DNA of 64,000 nucleotides, taken from assembly GCA_965261595.1 (NCBI GenBank), contig CBDHDG010000007.1, positions 128,001 to 192,000 on the forward strand. Reading direction: 5' to 3'. The position numbers were made by a program, and so were the translations under genes. The notes under the pieces were generated by a model, which did no database searches, was not told the origin of the DNA, and was given only the letters and a program-made list of their open reading frames with translations. Positions 11,401 through 21,694 of the stretch are shown piece by piece; positions within the stretch are counted from its first letter, which is position 1, and every line of letters starts with the position of its first letter. The stretch is from a bacterium (GTDB taxonomy: Bacteria > UBA8248 > JACPRG01 > G963555815).

Positions 11401-11717
11401 AGGTGAGCGCGGAGCTTCACTACGTCGCCCCCAACTGGCCGGAAAAAACACCCCGCCGATACGCGCTCCCCTCCGACGCGTGGGAGTCCGGTTGGACGAT
11501 GGAAATGGGGAAGACCCTCTCGGAGATTCTCACGGGCATCCGCGACGGGCAGTTCCACATCATCCCCCAAGACGGCGAAGGGAGCCATTGCCGGACGTGC
11601 CCCTATCAGGTCCTCTGCCGCCGGAACCACAGGCCGACCCGCTACCGCCGGACGGCGGACCCGCGGACCCGCGGGATCGAAAGCCTGCCGGAGAAAAAAT
11701 GGCCTCCCCGGACATGA
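8478..11717 (+). CDS. addB: AddB/RexB-like nuclease subunit (PD-(D/E)XK) with putative Fe-S cluster
   Basis: SPTALETYARCPFRFF, GRLDRID...VVDYK, C-terminal CRTCPYQVLC; upstream of addA. Confidence 0.85.
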   Translation: MTKTGTRPLSILTGPFHPDIESALKDRLNEWAAANRARGSLTPCALVAPSGEMRRYLKHLITLRWGMTLAGAHLLDVQGLSRKIVSTAGGDPPPGQADDLVLDDLIRDIVRNEKFPADWKALVRTTGGAAALRRSLRDLEEARVPARVKNREPVLRLHALFQERRKRLGLGTTSDPVEAAIRVSGDSGFLQSMDRVLYYGFYDMTQLQMDLLGAVSSHSPTTMFLPCAPGRRAFEFAEGFLGTLEARFAGADARPAADAGQGEAAGKSPPAGEGDPPLLRPALDGLFSEEAIGRPPHIEEGALRSFTAAGPTGELEIAAKEILRWIEEEGAAFDGIGVIARNLDAYLPHLPAVFDAHAVPFRTPEKRPVFRSPWAMTLLALNRVLAGGYSKTDILDVLASPYFQAGEGGVSVGEIARGRVRRFGVIRGVEDWRKLARGERATGASDSDPIAEEEIGRFQDGLGRLLDAAARLPRRGPWGVMIDKYGQLIRDVLGGSMFEQEDQDRPEEIPRESPEESLTAIFAALADRAKIRPETDAESFLARVGEHLRTHEVSPREPGHAGVEVLNAMDARGKRFDRIVVMGLQEGVWPRTENEDPFLNNKIRRGLSDSFSVHLPQKSAGGAEERLLFTLALASGRRRVTLTRQRSGEDGRPLVRSWYLHELARALGRTDGNLPGTAPVPRRLEDRMDQRIFSDSLWTPAEWTARLLIHGHNPEALHSIRGLEAGVLEGCFDAGSRLSRLGSDLTDRDGMIDKRPERWNDLKEKGFSPTALETYARCPFRFFAKHILRLEELDDFEEIAELESRDIGDLLHEIFERFFSSRAHDAPADASAPLSRAIETTLNGYEKKAPVGHPFLWRRTRRTLSALAEGYIGRGLEFLRESGFQPVAYEKRSDATLPDDPAFPSILRRMKIHGRLDRIDRRESETGVELRVVDYKYTAGKGVPKRNLEEETIQGRSLQPAFYALLARADEPDAKVSAELHYVAPNWPEKTPRRYALPSDAWESGWTMEMGKTLSEILTGIRDGQFHIIPQDGEGSHCRTCPYQVLCRRNHRPTRYRRTADPRTRGIESLPEKKWPPRT

Positions 11718-14700
11718 ATCCAACGGCCGCCGAGACGCCCCTCGCCGACGCGAAGGACCGCCTTCGGGCCGTCACGACGTTCGACCGCAACGTGGTGGTC
11801 ACGGCGGGCGCCGGGACCGGCAAAACGTCCCTGCTCACCGAGCGACTCCTGAACCTCTTTTTCCGCCGGCTGGAGCCGGCCCGTCCGTCGGAATGCGCGG
11901 CCCTCACTTTCACGAGAAAGGCCGCCGGTGAAATGGCCGGGCGGCTGCGTGAGCACCTGGAACGGTTCGTCGCGTGGTCGGCCGGGGAAGGTCCGCCCGG
12001 GGAGTCCGGGGAGGTCGCGGCCGGGATCTACCGCAGTCTCGGCGCGCGATATGAACGGACGCACGAAGAGCTGGGCCGGATCGCGCGTGAGACCCTCCGG
12101 GACCTCGAGATGCTCCCCATCTCCACGTACCACAGCTTTGCCGCCCGGCTCCTGCGGCTCTACCCCCTCGAGGCGGGCGTGGACCCGAATTTCATCGATG
12201 ACGACGGGACGGTGTTCGCGGAGCGGTTCGATCGGCAGTGGCATGATTGGCTCGCCGGGGAGCTCGGAGAGAAGGCCCCTCGCGGGCCGCTGTGGGAGAA
12301 GGCGCTGGATGAATTCGACCTCTCCGTCCTGGAGGCGCTGGCCGAACAACTGTGCTCGGAATTGTTCCCCCTGGACGAACTCGAAGGCGCGCTGGCCGAC
12401 GGGACATTATTCACAGCCCCGGCCGGCTGGCTGGAGGGAGTCGCCGCGGAAGCCGGAATCCTCGCGTCGAAATACCCGGGGGACAGAAAGGTCGAGGTCT
12501 CAATCCGGAAATCGGTCGAGCTTTTGGAGGCCTTTCAGGAAGGCATCCCGGAGGAGAGGCTGTCGGGGATTCGGGAGGATATCGACGCGCGGCCGGGCAA
12601 GCTCAAGGCGATGACCGAGGAGGATTATCGGGCCTGCCTCCGGGTGATCAAGATCGCCCGCGACATCGGGTCCTTGAAGCGCAGCGCGATCTCGAATTCC
12701 CTGCAACTGGTCCTCCCCTTCGCCCGAAAGTTCCGGAGGGACTTTGTCCTTGCCGGCCATCTGCACTTCGATTCCCAACTCGCCCGGGCTCGGGACCTGC
12801 TCCGGGACCGGCCGAAGATCCGCCGCGCGCTGAAGGACCGCATCCGACACCTCCTGGTCGATGAGTTCCAGGACACCGACCCGATCCAGTACGAAATCGT
12901 CCTCTTCCTGGCGGAGGAGAGGGAAGGCGAGGCGACGAGCTGGCGGGACGTCCGGCTGGAGCCGGGAAAGCTCTTCATCGTCGGCGACCCCAAGCAGTCC
13001 ATCTACAAGTTCAGGGGCGCCGACATCGGGGCCTATCAGGTGCTCCTGAACGACGTGCTCCGTGAGAGAACACTGGAGTTGATCGTTAATTTCCGGAGCC
13101 ACGACCGGATCGTGGACGTTCTGAACGGCCTGTTCGAAAAGCTGATTGTCGCGCGCGAGAATATCCAACCCGTCTATCAGGCCGCGCGGCCCCGCCCCGG
13201 CGGGCCGGCGACCCTCGAATCCCAGGGCATGGAGGTGCGGGTGACGCGGCCCGAAGGCGATGAGACCTGGAACGCCGAGGAGGGCGCCCGCCGGGAGGCC
13301 CGGGAGATCGCCCGGATGATTCACGAAGACTGGGTCGGAGCGGGGGGGGAGGGAAGGAAGGCCGGGATTCCCGGCCCGGAGAATGGCGCCCGTCCGGTCG
13401 AGTATGGAGACATCGCCCTCCTGTTCCGGAAGATGACCTACGTCGGCGCCTACATCGACGCGCTGCGCGAGAACGGCATCCCCTATGTTTCCGAATTCGC
13501 GCGGGGGTTCTTCGAGACGCAGGAAGTGACCGACTTTCTGAACCTGCTCGCCTGTCTCGTCTATCCCGAGGACCGGCTCGCCCTGGCCGGCGTCCTGCGC
13601 TCGCCCATCGGCGGCCTGACCGACAAAGAGCTGGTTGCCTGGCGCCGAGAAGCCGAAATCCCCCCATGGGCTTCGGCGATGGAGGAGAGGCTGCGCGCTG
13701 TCCGCCGGGCGATCCGCCCCCTGCCCGTCTCGGAAGCGTTGGATCGGGTCCTCGCGGGTTTTCCGGTCCTGGAATCCGCCATCCTCCTGGCCGGAGAACA
13801 GGGGAGGAGCAACGTTCTGAAGATCCGCTCCCTGGCGCTCGATCGGGAAAGGAACCTGGACGTGGGATTATCCGGTCTGGTGGACTGGTTGAGGGCGCAG
13901 GGGCGCGAGACCCGGGACGAAGGCGAAAGCCCGCTGGCCGAGGAGAACATCAACGCCGTCAAGCTGCTCACCGTGCACAAGGCGAAGGGGCTGGAGTTCC
14001 CCATCGTCATTCTGGCGGGTTTGCAGGCAGGCTCGCGTCCAATGACAAGTCCCGTCCGCGTCGGGCGCGATTGGACGACGGGCCGTTGGGCGTTACAGAT
14101 CGGCGCCGTCCAGACCCCGCAGATGGCGTGGGCGAATGAACGGGACATCCGGCTGGAGGAGGCCGAGGAGCGGCGTCTTTTCTATGTGGCGGCCACCCGC
14201 GCGAGAGAGCGCCTGGTCCTCTCCGCCGCCGTGCGGCACGAGCGGGGAAAGCCAACGAAAGCGGAGGGGATGCTCGCCCGTCTCAACGAAGCCCTGGAGA
14301 TCGACGTCCGGGAGGCGGAAGCGGGCGCGCTCCCCATCGGGGATGGACGGATCTCTCTGGCTCACGTGACTTCAGGGGCGGAGGGCGGGCCAATCCCCGC
14401 GTCAATGGACGAAGCGCCGATGCCGCAAGACTTGGAGCAAACCTGGACCCGCCGGAGGGCCGAGGCGGAACGGGTCCGGAAACAACTGTTGGACATCCGA
14501 CCGTCCCATTTGAACGACGAAGAAGGCGAGGCCGGGTGGGCGAAGTCGGAGGGCGAAGGGATCCCACGCGACAGGAGGCTCCTGGTTGGGAGCGTCGCCC
14601 ACGGTGTGCTGGAGAGGATCGACCTGAAAGAGCCGGATAGGGGTCTCGACGATGCCGTCCGGCTTGCGCTGGATGAGTGCCTGCCCGAGGCCCCGAAGGA

Positions 14701-15079
14701 TGAGCGGAAGGAGATTTACGAAAAAGTAAAGGCGATGGTCAGCGGTTTTGTCGGCTCAAGCGACTTCACGGACCGGATCCAGCCCTTCGAGGTCCTTGGC
14801 CGGGAGGTCCCGTGTTTCTTGCCTGACGTTGAAAAGAACGGGTTTGCCGGGTCGGTGGAGGGAAAAATTGACCTGGTTCTCAGAGATGCGGAGGGCATCC
14901 TGGTCATCGACTACAAGACCGACAGGATTGATGCTTTAAAAACCAGGGAGGGCGCCGAGAAATACAGGCGGCAGGGAGAGCTATACTGCCGGGCGCTTTC
15001 GGATGCCCTTGGTGTGGAGATCAAACGATTCGCTGTGGCCTTCCTCAGACCGGCGGTTCTGGAGATGGTTTCTTTCTAA
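11714..15079 (+). CDS. addA: AddA/RexA UvrD-type helicase-nuclease
   Basis: AGAGTGKT Walker A, VDEFQDTD, VGDPKQSIYKFRGAD, TVHKAKGLEF, YVAATRA, GKIDL..IDYKT. Confidence 0.9.
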   Translation: MNPTAAETPLADAKDRLRAVTTFDRNVVVTAGAGTGKTSLLTERLLNLFFRRLEPARPSECAALTFTRKAAGEMAGRLREHLERFVAWSAGEGPPGESGEVAAGIYRSLGARYERTHEELGRIARETLRDLEMLPISTYHSFAARLLRLYPLEAGVDPNFIDDDGTVFAERFDRQWHDWLAGELGEKAPRGPLWEKALDEFDLSVLEALAEQLCSELFPLDELEGALADGTLFTAPAGWLEGVAAEAGILASKYPGDRKVEVSIRKSVELLEAFQEGIPEERLSGIREDIDARPGKLKAMTEEDYRACLRVIKIARDIGSLKRSAISNSLQLVLPFARKFRRDFVLAGHLHFDSQLARARDLLRDRPKIRRALKDRIRHLLVDEFQDTDPIQYEIVLFLAEEREGEATSWRDVRLEPGKLFIVGDPKQSIYKFRGADIGAYQVLLNDVLRERTLELIVNFRSHDRIVDVLNGLFEKLIVARENIQPVYQAARPRPGGPATLESQGMEVRVTRPEGDETWNAEEGARREAREIARMIHEDWVGAGGEGRKAGIPGPENGARPVEYGDIALLFRKMTYVGAYIDALRENGIPYVSEFARGFFETQEVTDFLNLLACLVYPEDRLALAGVLRSPIGGLTDKELVAWRREAEIPPWASAMEERLRAVRRAIRPLPVSEALDRVLAGFPVLESAILLAGEQGRSNVLKIRSLALDRERNLDVGLSGLVDWLRAQGRETRDEGESPLAEENINAVKLLTVHKAKGLEFPIVILAGLQAGSRPMTSPVRVGRDWTTGRWALQIGAVQTPQMAWANERDIRLEEAEERRLFYVAATRARERLVLSAAVRHERGKPTKAEGMLARLNEALEIDVREAEAGALPIGDGRISLAHVTSGAEGGPIPASMDEAPMPQDLEQTWTRRRAEAERVRKQLLDIRPSHLNDEEGEAGWAKSEGEGIPRDRRLLVGSVAHGVLERIDLKEPDRGLDDAVRLALDECLPEAPKDERKEIYEKVKAMVSGFVGSSDFTDRIQPFEVLGREVPCFLPDVEKNGFAGSVEGKIDLVLRDAEGILVIDYKTDRIDALKTREGAEKYRRQGELYCRALSDALGVEIKRFAVAFLRPAVLEMVSF

Positions 15080-15130
15080 GGGTCGCGGAGCGGCATCCCG
15101 CCCTCTCCCCCCCCATCCCCCGAACGGGGA

Positions 15131-15862
15131 CTACAACGTGAATTCTTTTTTCAGCTTGTGATACCGGGCCATGACCTTCCGGATGTATTTCCGCGTTTCT
15201 CGGTATGGGGGAATTCCCCGATACCTGCGGACCTTCCTGGGACCGGCATTGTACGCCGCCAGGGCGATCTCGAGTTTTTTCGGGTAACGCCGGTAGCGAT
15301 GCAGGAGCTTCTTGAAGTAGCGGACGGCGCCGTCGATGTTCTGGTGAACGTCATAAGGATCTTCAACGCCCATTTCGGCCGCCGTTCCGGGCATGAGCTA
15401 CATCACCCCCATCGCCCCCTTGTGGGATCGGGCGAGCGGGTCGAAGCCGGATTCCACGGCAATCATGGAGCGAATCAGAATCGGGTCCACGCCGTGGCGT
15501 TGGGCGGCTTTCCGGGCGATCTTCCGGATATCTTCCTTCGTGAGGGGACCATCCTCGGCAGTCTCAGGTTCGATGAACGGCTGGAACACAGAAGCGGGGT
15601 TCGGGCTGAACCCGGAGCCGGGGAAGAAAACGCTCCCCCGCTCATAGGCCACGGTGAGGAAGGTTTTCGCCCGATTCATCATCGAGGAAACCGGGAGATC
15701 CCCGATACGCCCAACCCCGAAAAGCGTCATCGACAACAGGACAAGCGGCACGATGACGGCCTTGCGCACGGAGTGGCGGGCCCTCAGCCGAGCGTACCTT
15801 GAACCCGCGGCCACAACCGCGGACAAAACCATTCTCAGGTATGCATAAACCGGGTGCAACAT
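15131..15862 (-). pseudogene. Soluble lytic transglycosylase (SLT) interrupted by in-frame TAG at 15398-15400
   Basis: IAVESGFDP, GAMGVM*LMPGTA (normally GxMQLMP), ALAAYNAGP, PPYRETRKY, all in one frame. Confidence 0.85.
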
Positions 15863-16182
15863 CCCCGCGACCCTTATGGCTTTTCCTTGCAGGTCAGCAA
15901 AAATTGGAATGACCCCTCCTTGTGTTGGCACAGCAATCGGGGGGTTTGTTCCCCTTTGGGACCCCTGAATACCCCTATGTGCCTGTGCAGGCGCTTTCCC
16001 GGATCTTTGCCCGTTCAACTGATGGCCGGAAAATCCGGAAAGTCCCCTGACCCTTTTGTCGAGAATTCGGTGAAACCATCTACCCAATTGCGAAAGAATA
16101 CAAAACTTTAGCATTGTAAATAAAATTTGTCGAATCCGTTGGCCAAAAAGATTCCTGTCCATTTTTTCGATTCGAAAGGTGA

Positions 16183-16211
16183 TTGACCGCCCTTCTTTGC
16201 CGTTATAGATT
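16183..16211 (+). promoter_or_regulatory. Putative sigma70 promoter upstream of rlmN
   Basis: TTGACC-17 bp-TAGATT in an AT-rich intergenic region. Confidence 0.45.
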
Positions 16212-16418
16212 AGAGTCAGATATGCGGCAACAAGTTCTCGGGGTGCCGTCGACCGGCGTTACATTCAGACTGAATCAGTGTAATATATTGATATAAAATC
16301 ATTTAGCTAAACACGAAACCCCGTGTGATTCGAGGTTTCGGGAATACAAAAAAATAGAGGGTGAAATCGCGTCCACGAACAATCGTTCCTGGTGACCATT
16401 TTTATGTAGAAATAACCG

Positions 16419-17564
16419 ATGGAGATCTTCTTGGGTCCGGATTCCAAGAAAAACCTCAAAGATTTCGGGGAGGCCGATTTCAAGGCCCTGGCCGACGGGC
16501 TGAGCCTGCCGGCGTATCGGGGGCGGCAAATCGCCAAGTGGATCTTCGGAAAAAGGGTCTTCACCTTTGACGAGATGACCGACCTGCCGCTGGACCTGCG
16601 CCGGACTTTGGAAGATGGATTCTTCATCGGCCGCCTGGCCCTGGAATCGGCCGAAACCTCCCGGGACGCCACGCGGAAATTCCTGTTCCGGTCTTCCCGG
16701 GGCGCCCCGGTGGAATCCGTCCTCATCCCCGACGGGGCCCGCCGGACCCTTTGCGTCTCCACCCAGGCGGGGTGCCGAATGGGGTGCGGCTTTTGCGTCA
16801 CGGGCGCCCTCGGCCTCCTGGACCAGTTGTCGGCCGGGGACATCGCGGGCCAATTCATCGAGGTGGCCCGCGAAACCGGAGAGCGAATCACGCACGTCGT
16901 CCTGATGGGCATGGGGGAGCCGCTGGACAACTACGAGAACGTCGCCCGCGCCGTCCGGACGCTTGTCCACCCGGATTGGATCGGCCTGTCCCCCCGAAGG
17001 GTTACGCTGTCCACCTGCGGGCTGATTCCTCCATTGATTCGCTTCAAGACTGAATTCCCCCGCGTCCGCCTCGCCGTCTCGTTGGGGGCGCCGGATGATG
17101 AGCGGCGCAACCGGCTGATCCCCGTGAACCGCCGCTATCCCCTGGCCGCGCTGATGGAAGCATGCCGCGATCTGCCCCTTCAACCCCGGGAGCGCGTCAC
17201 GTTCGAGTACACGCTGCTGCGGGGCGTCAATGACTCGGTGGAGGACGCCCGCGCGTTGGCCCGGCTGATTCGGGGGGTCCGGTGCAAGGTGAACCTGCTC
17301 CCCTTCAACGCCTCGCCGGTCCTGCCGTACGAGCGCCCCGATGAGGCGGCCGTGGACCGGTTCGCCCGCGTCCTCGCGGCCAAGGGGGTCACCGTAACGG
17401 TCCGGAAAAGCAGAGGGCGGGACATCGAGGCCGCTTGCGGCCTCCTGGCGGCGGGCCTTCCGAAAAGGGCGCCGCAAACCGCGGACGCCGAGGCGGGCGG
17501 CGCGGCCGAACCCACGCCGGAAAGGACGCCGAAAACCGCTTCTCACCCGAGCCCCCCCGCCTGA
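16419..17564 (+). CDS. rlmN: Dual-specificity RNA methyltransferase RlmN (radical SAM)
   Basis: CVSTQAGCRMGCGFC, MGMGEPL, GRDIEAACGLL. Confidence 0.95.
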   Translation: MEIFLGPDSKKNLKDFGEADFKALADGLSLPAYRGRQIAKWIFGKRVFTFDEMTDLPLDLRRTLEDGFFIGRLALESAETSRDATRKFLFRSSRGAPVESVLIPDGARRTLCVSTQAGCRMGCGFCVTGALGLLDQLSAGDIAGQFIEVARETGERITHVVLMGMGEPLDNYENVARAVRTLVHPDWIGLSPRRVTLSTCGLIPPLIRFKTEFPRVRLAVSLGAPDDERRNRLIPVNRRYPLAALMEACRDLPLQPRERVTFEYTLLRGVNDSVEDARALARLIRGVRCKVNLLPFNASPVLPYERPDEAAVDRFARVLAAKGVTVTVRKSRGRDIEAACGLLAAGLPKRAPQTADAEAGGAAEPTPERTPKTASHPSPPA

Positions 17565-17576
17565 TCGGCCGGGCGT

Positions 17577-17605
17577 TTGACACGAACCGGGGCGTAAGAT
17601 AAGTT
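17577..17605 (+). promoter_or_regulatory. Putative sigma70 promoter for coaD
   Basis: TTGACA-17 bp-TAAGTT, about 30 nt upstream of the coaD ATG. Confidence 0.55.
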
Positions 17606-17637
17606 GATCCGCCTTTTCGGCCAGAACGAGGGACTTC

Positions 17638-18129
17638 ATGAACAGGATCGCCATTTATCCCGGAACGTTCGATCCCTTTACGAACGGCCATCTCGATATT
17701 GTCGCCCGCGTCCGCGACCTGTTCGATCACGTGGTGGTGGCGGTGACGAACAATCCCTCCAAGACGCCCTTGTTCACGACAAAAGAGCGGGTCGCGCTGA
17801 TTCGGGAGGCCGTGTCCGACTTCCCCTCGGTCGAAGTCGACGCCTTCGACGGTCTGCTCGTCGATTACGCGAAGAAAAAGTCGGCCAAGGTGATCCTTCG
17901 GGGGCTTCGCGCGGTGTCGGATTTTGAATACGAGCTCCAGATGGCCCTGATGAACCGCTGGCTGAACGCGGGAATCGAAACCTTCTTCATGGCGCCCAAC
18001 GCGGAATACTCTTTCCTGAGCAGCGGTCTGGTCAAAGAAGTGGCCTCTTACGGGGGAGATGTGCACAAGCTGGTCCCCGAATGTGTGCAGACCGCCCTGA
18101 GCGGAAAGATTTCCAAATCCTCCGGTTGA
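17638..18129 (+). CDS. coaD: Phosphopantetheine adenylyltransferase
   Basis: YPGTFDPFTNGH, RGLRAVSDFEYE. Confidence 0.97.
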   Translation: MNRIAIYPGTFDPFTNGHLDIVARVRDLFDHVVVAVTNNPSKTPLFTTKERVALIREAVSDFPSVEVDAFDGLLVDYAKKKSAKVILRGLRAVSDFEYELQMALMNRWLNAGIETFFMAPNAEYSFLSSGLVKEVASYGGDVHKLVPECVQTALSGKISKSSG

Positions 18130-18152
18130 CGCCGGTCATCGAAGGGAATCGG

Positions 18153-19388
18153 ATGAAAGCGAAACCGGCGCCGGGCCGGACCGCGGCGCGGCCTGTTCAG
18201 CTCTCCGGGCGAATCGCCGCCTTGAGACCTTCTCCCACGTTGGCGATCACCGCCCAGGCCCGGGATTTGCGCGCCCAAGGGGTGGACATCATCAGCTTCG
18301 GGGCCGGTGAGCCGGATTTCAACACGCCGGAGCCCATTGTCCGCGAAGCGAAGCTGGCCCTGGACGAGGGCTTCACGCAATACACGGCCGTGGGCGGCAT
18401 CCCGGAGCTGAAGGAGGGGATCGCCCGAAAGCTCCTGCGCGACAACGGCTGCGAATACCGGCCGGATGAAATCATCATCACCGTGGGCGCCAAACAGGCC
18501 TTCCACTCGGTTTGCCAAGTCCTGCTGGACCCGGGCTCGGAGCTCATCATCCCATCGCCCTACTGGGTCTCCTACTCGGACATCGTTTCGCTCGCCGGAG
18601 GAACCCCGGTCCTCTGCCCGCTCGGCGAAGAGAACGGGTTCGACCTGGACCCCGACGCGATCGAGCGATGCGTGACGTCCGCCACCCGGGCCGTGTTGAT
18701 TAACTCTCCGTCCAATCCGACCGGGGCCGTCTACTCCAGGGCGTCCATCGAGGCGGTTGTCCAACTGGCGCTGCGGCGCGGCCTCCTGGTCATCACCGAC
18801 GAGATTTACGAGAAGATCATCTACGATGAGGCGGTTCACGTGTGCCCGGCCGGGCTCGGCGAGGAGGCCCGCGACCGGACCATTGTGATCAACGGCTTCT
18901 CCAAAGCCTACGCCATGACGGGCTGGCGGCTGGGATACGTGGCCGGGCCGAGGCCGATCGTCACCGCCCTGGACACCTTTCAGGGCCAGGGCACGAACAA
19001 CCCCACCTCCTTCGTTCAAAAGGCCGCCGTCGTGGCCATCGACAGCGATGACTCGGTCTTCGAGCCGATGGTCCGGGAATTCAAAAAGCGGCGGGACGTG
19101 ATCGTCTCCGGGCTGAACGCCATCGAGGGCGTGCGGTGCACCCTGCCCCGAGGCGCCTTCTACGCCTTCCCCCGTGTGGACGGCCTGTTCGGAAAGACGG
19201 GCTCCGCGGGGAAGATCACAACCTCGGAAGGGCTCTGCCGACACCTGCTGGAAGAAGGCCGGATCGCCGCCGTGCCCGGCAGCGCATTCGGCGCCGAAGG
19301 ATACCTCCGACTGTCCTACGCGACCTCGTTGGAGAACATCCAAACGGGGCTTGACCGCATGGCCGAGGCCGTCGCGCGGCTGTCCTGA
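18153..19388 (+). CDS. aspC: Class I/II PLP aminotransferase (aspartate aminotransferase-like)
   Basis: GAGEPDF, NSPSNPTG, DEIY, FSKAYAMTGWRLG. Confidence 0.9.
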   Translation: MKAKPAPGRTAARPVQLSGRIAALRPSPTLAITAQARDLRAQGVDIISFGAGEPDFNTPEPIVREAKLALDEGFTQYTAVGGIPELKEGIARKLLRDNGCEYRPDEIIITVGAKQAFHSVCQVLLDPGSELIIPSPYWVSYSDIVSLAGGTPVLCPLGEENGFDLDPDAIERCVTSATRAVLINSPSNPTGAVYSRASIEAVVQLALRRGLLVITDEIYEKIIYDEAVHVCPAGLGEEARDRTIVINGFSKAYAMTGWRLGYVAGPRPIVTALDTFQGQGTNNPTSFVQKAAVVAIDSDDSVFEPMVREFKKRRDVIVSGLNAIEGVRCTLPRGAFYAFPRVDGLFGKTGSAGKITTSEGLCRHLLEEGRIAAVPGSAFGAEGYLRLSYATSLENIQTGLDRMAEAVARLS

Positions 19389-19421
19389 GACGCGCGGCCT
19401 CCCACCGGCAGGTGATCCGTT

Positions 19422-19610
19422 GTGACAACGTTCCTGTACATCATCGGGCGAATGTTGCAGCTCCTGGGGATGATCTACCTCGGGTGGGCGCTCTACCAGG
19501 GGATCAGCTTGAAACACGGCGGGATGGCTGAAGAATACAAGTGGCTCGGGATCGGCGTCGTCATCTTCCTCATCGGGCGCTTGATGGAGCGGCGATGGGG
19601 TTCCAAGTAA
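19422..19610 (+). CDS. Small two-TM membrane protein
   Basis: 62 aa, two hydrophobic segments, AGGTGA SD-like site before GTG. Confidence 0.65.
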   Translation: MTTFLYIIGRMLQLLGMIYLGWALYQGISLKHGGMAEEYKWLGIGVVIFLIGRLMERRWGSK

Positions 19611-19841
19611 CGGGCCGAGGCCGACGGAACGACTCGCCGCCGCCGGCCGGAAAATCCCGCCGAACGACTTCCACGCCTCATCCATCCCGCCTTCCTGCCG
19701 CAAGCACTTGACCACCCGGGGTCCCCGGATGTACACCAAAGTCCTGATTCATCTCTCAAGGGCCAACGGCTCGGAACGGATCCTTCACCCGTCCGCCTGA
19801 GCGGCCGGCGGGATGCGGCGCAACCGGGGAAGTGAAGAGCG

Positions 19842-20633
19842 ATGAAGGGAGCCGCGTCCACCGATAAGAAATACTCCGGCGCGAAATGGTCGGTCCTGTT
19901 CTTTGCGGGCATCATCATTCTCTGGCAGCTCCTGATTCCCATGTTCGGCGTTCCCGACTACCTGATGCCCACGCCCTGGCGGGTGGTCGAGGAGTTTGGC
20001 AAGCGCGGCTCCGTCATCCTCGCCAACCTGGTGCCGACGTTCGAGGTTACAATTCTTGGATTTCTGATCGGGGCGGTGGTCGGCATCTCCTCGGGCATCG
20101 GGATTGTATACTCGCGCTTCCTGTGGCTGACCGTCTATCCCGCGCTCGTTCTCGTCAGCTCTGTTCCCCGCATCGCCATCGCCCCGTTGATCCTGATCTG
20201 GTTCGGCATCGACAGCCTCTTGTCCAAGGTGATCATCTCTTTCCTCGTCGCCTTCTTTCCGATGCTCATCAATTCCGTCGTGGGGCTGTCCCAGGTGAGT
20301 CCGGACATGATCGACCTCGGGAAAACGATGGGCATGAGCCGTATAGATGAATTCAAGAAGATCCGCCTGCCCAATTCGGTTCCGTTCCTGTTCGCCGGGT
20401 TCAAAGCTTCTATCGCCTTAGCGGTGATCGGCGCGGTGGTCGCGGAGTTTGTCTCGGGCGAGCGCGGGCTGGGCTTCCTGATCATCGTCGGCTTCGACGA
20501 CATGAATTCCAGCATTGTCTTCGCCTCCATCATCGTTCTCGCGGCGATGTCGCTGGGGATGTTCGGAATCCTGGTGTGGCTGGAGAAGGTCCTCATGCCG
20601 TGGCGTCAAGGGATTCAAATCACGGAAATGTGA
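19842..20633 (+). CDS. NitT/TauT-family ABC transporter permease
   Basis: VPRIAIAPLILIWFG, GAVVAEFV...GLG. Confidence 0.93.
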   Translation: MKGAASTDKKYSGAKWSVLFFAGIIILWQLLIPMFGVPDYLMPTPWRVVEEFGKRGSVILANLVPTFEVTILGFLIGAVVGISSGIGIVYSRFLWLTVYPALVLVSSVPRIAIAPLILIWFGIDSLLSKVIISFLVAFFPMLINSVVGLSQVSPDMIDLGKTMGMSRIDEFKKIRLPNSVPFLFAGFKASIALAVIGAVVAEFVSGERGLGFLIIVGFDDMNSSIVFASIIVLAAMSLGMFGILVWLEKVLMPWRQGIQITEM

Positions 20634-20670
20634 AGTGTTCCCGCCTGAAATCAACGAAAGGAGAAAGCTT

Positions 20671-21684
20671 ATGAGGGGCAAAATCGGATCGGTCTGGGTC
20701 GCGGCGCTCGCGGCCGTCGTATTTTCGTGGGGGTGGACGCCCCAGCCGGCGGCGGCGAAAGAGCTCAAGATCATCCTGGACTGGATTTACGGCGGAAAGC
20801 ACGCCCCGTTTTTCGTCGCCCGGGATAAGGGCTTCTGGAAAAAGGCCGGCGTGGACGTGAAGATCCTCCAGGGGCGGGGCTCGGGAAAAGCCGCCTTCTG
20901 GGTCGATACCAAGAAGGTCGACTACAGTTACGGGGACTTCGCCACGATGCTCAAGGTCGTCCAGAAGGGCGGGAAGAACATGGCCGTCGGCGCGGTGCAC
21001 GTTTACCAGACGGGATGCTACATCTTCTTCGCGAAAACCGGAATCAAGACGCCCAAAGACCTGGAGGGGAAACGGTACGGGGGGCCTCCGGCGGACTTCG
21101 GACGGACCCTGATGCCCGCCATGGCCGGCGCCATGGGCTTTGACATGAAGAAGGTCATCTTCAAAACCATGAAGCCGGCGGTCAGGACCCCCGCGCTGTT
21201 CGAGAGCAAGATCGACTTCATGTCGGGAACGCGCGGGTCGAGCTGTCCGCGGATGCGCATCCAAGCCGAGCGCAGGGGCAGGAAGATCTCGTTCCTCTAC
21301 TTCAAGGACATGGGCCTCGAATCCTACGGGCACGTGATCCAGGTCCACCGGGATCGGATCAAGAACAACCCCAAAGAAATCCAGGGCGTCGTGGGCGGGT
21401 TCTTCGACGCCTTTGCCTGGACGGTCAAGAACCTCGACGGGGGCTATAACGTCTACATCAAGGCCAATCCCACCAAGGATAAGGAGATCTCGAAGATTCA
21501 ATTGGCTGAGGCGATCGAAGACGTCCAGGACGCCGAAGTGATGGCAAAGGGCCTCGGTTACATGAAGGAATCGATGGTGAAGAAGTCGGTGGCGACGGCC
21601 AACAAGTACTTCAAGCTCTCGCCGCCCGTCGATTACACGAAAACCTACACCAACCGGTTCATCCGGCCGAATCCGGGATTGTAG
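20671..21684 (+). CDS. NitT/TauT (THI5-like) ABC substrate-binding protein
   Basis: Signal peptide; LDWIYGGKHAPFFVARDKGF; GIKTPKDLEGK. Confidence 0.9.
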   Translation: MRGKIGSVWVAALAAVVFSWGWTPQPAAAKELKIILDWIYGGKHAPFFVARDKGFWKKAGVDVKILQGRGSGKAAFWVDTKKVDYSYGDFATMLKVVQKGGKNMAVGAVHVYQTGCYIFFAKTGIKTPKDLEGKRYGGPPADFGRTLMPAMAGAMGFDMKKVIFKTMKPAVRTPALFESKIDFMSGTRGSSCPRMRIQAERRGRKISFLYFKDMGLESYGHVIQVHRDRIKNNPKEIQGVVGGFFDAFAWTVKNLDGGYNVYIKANPTKDKEISKIQLAEAIEDVQDAEVMAKGLGYMKESMVKKSVATANKYFKLSPPVDYTKTYTNRFIRPNPGL

Positions 21685-21694
21685 AGGAGCACCA

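Noticed and set aside
15398..16162. 254-aa ORF starting at 16162
   Set aside because: The upstream part lies in AT-rich intergenic DNA; the SLT more plausibly starts near 15862
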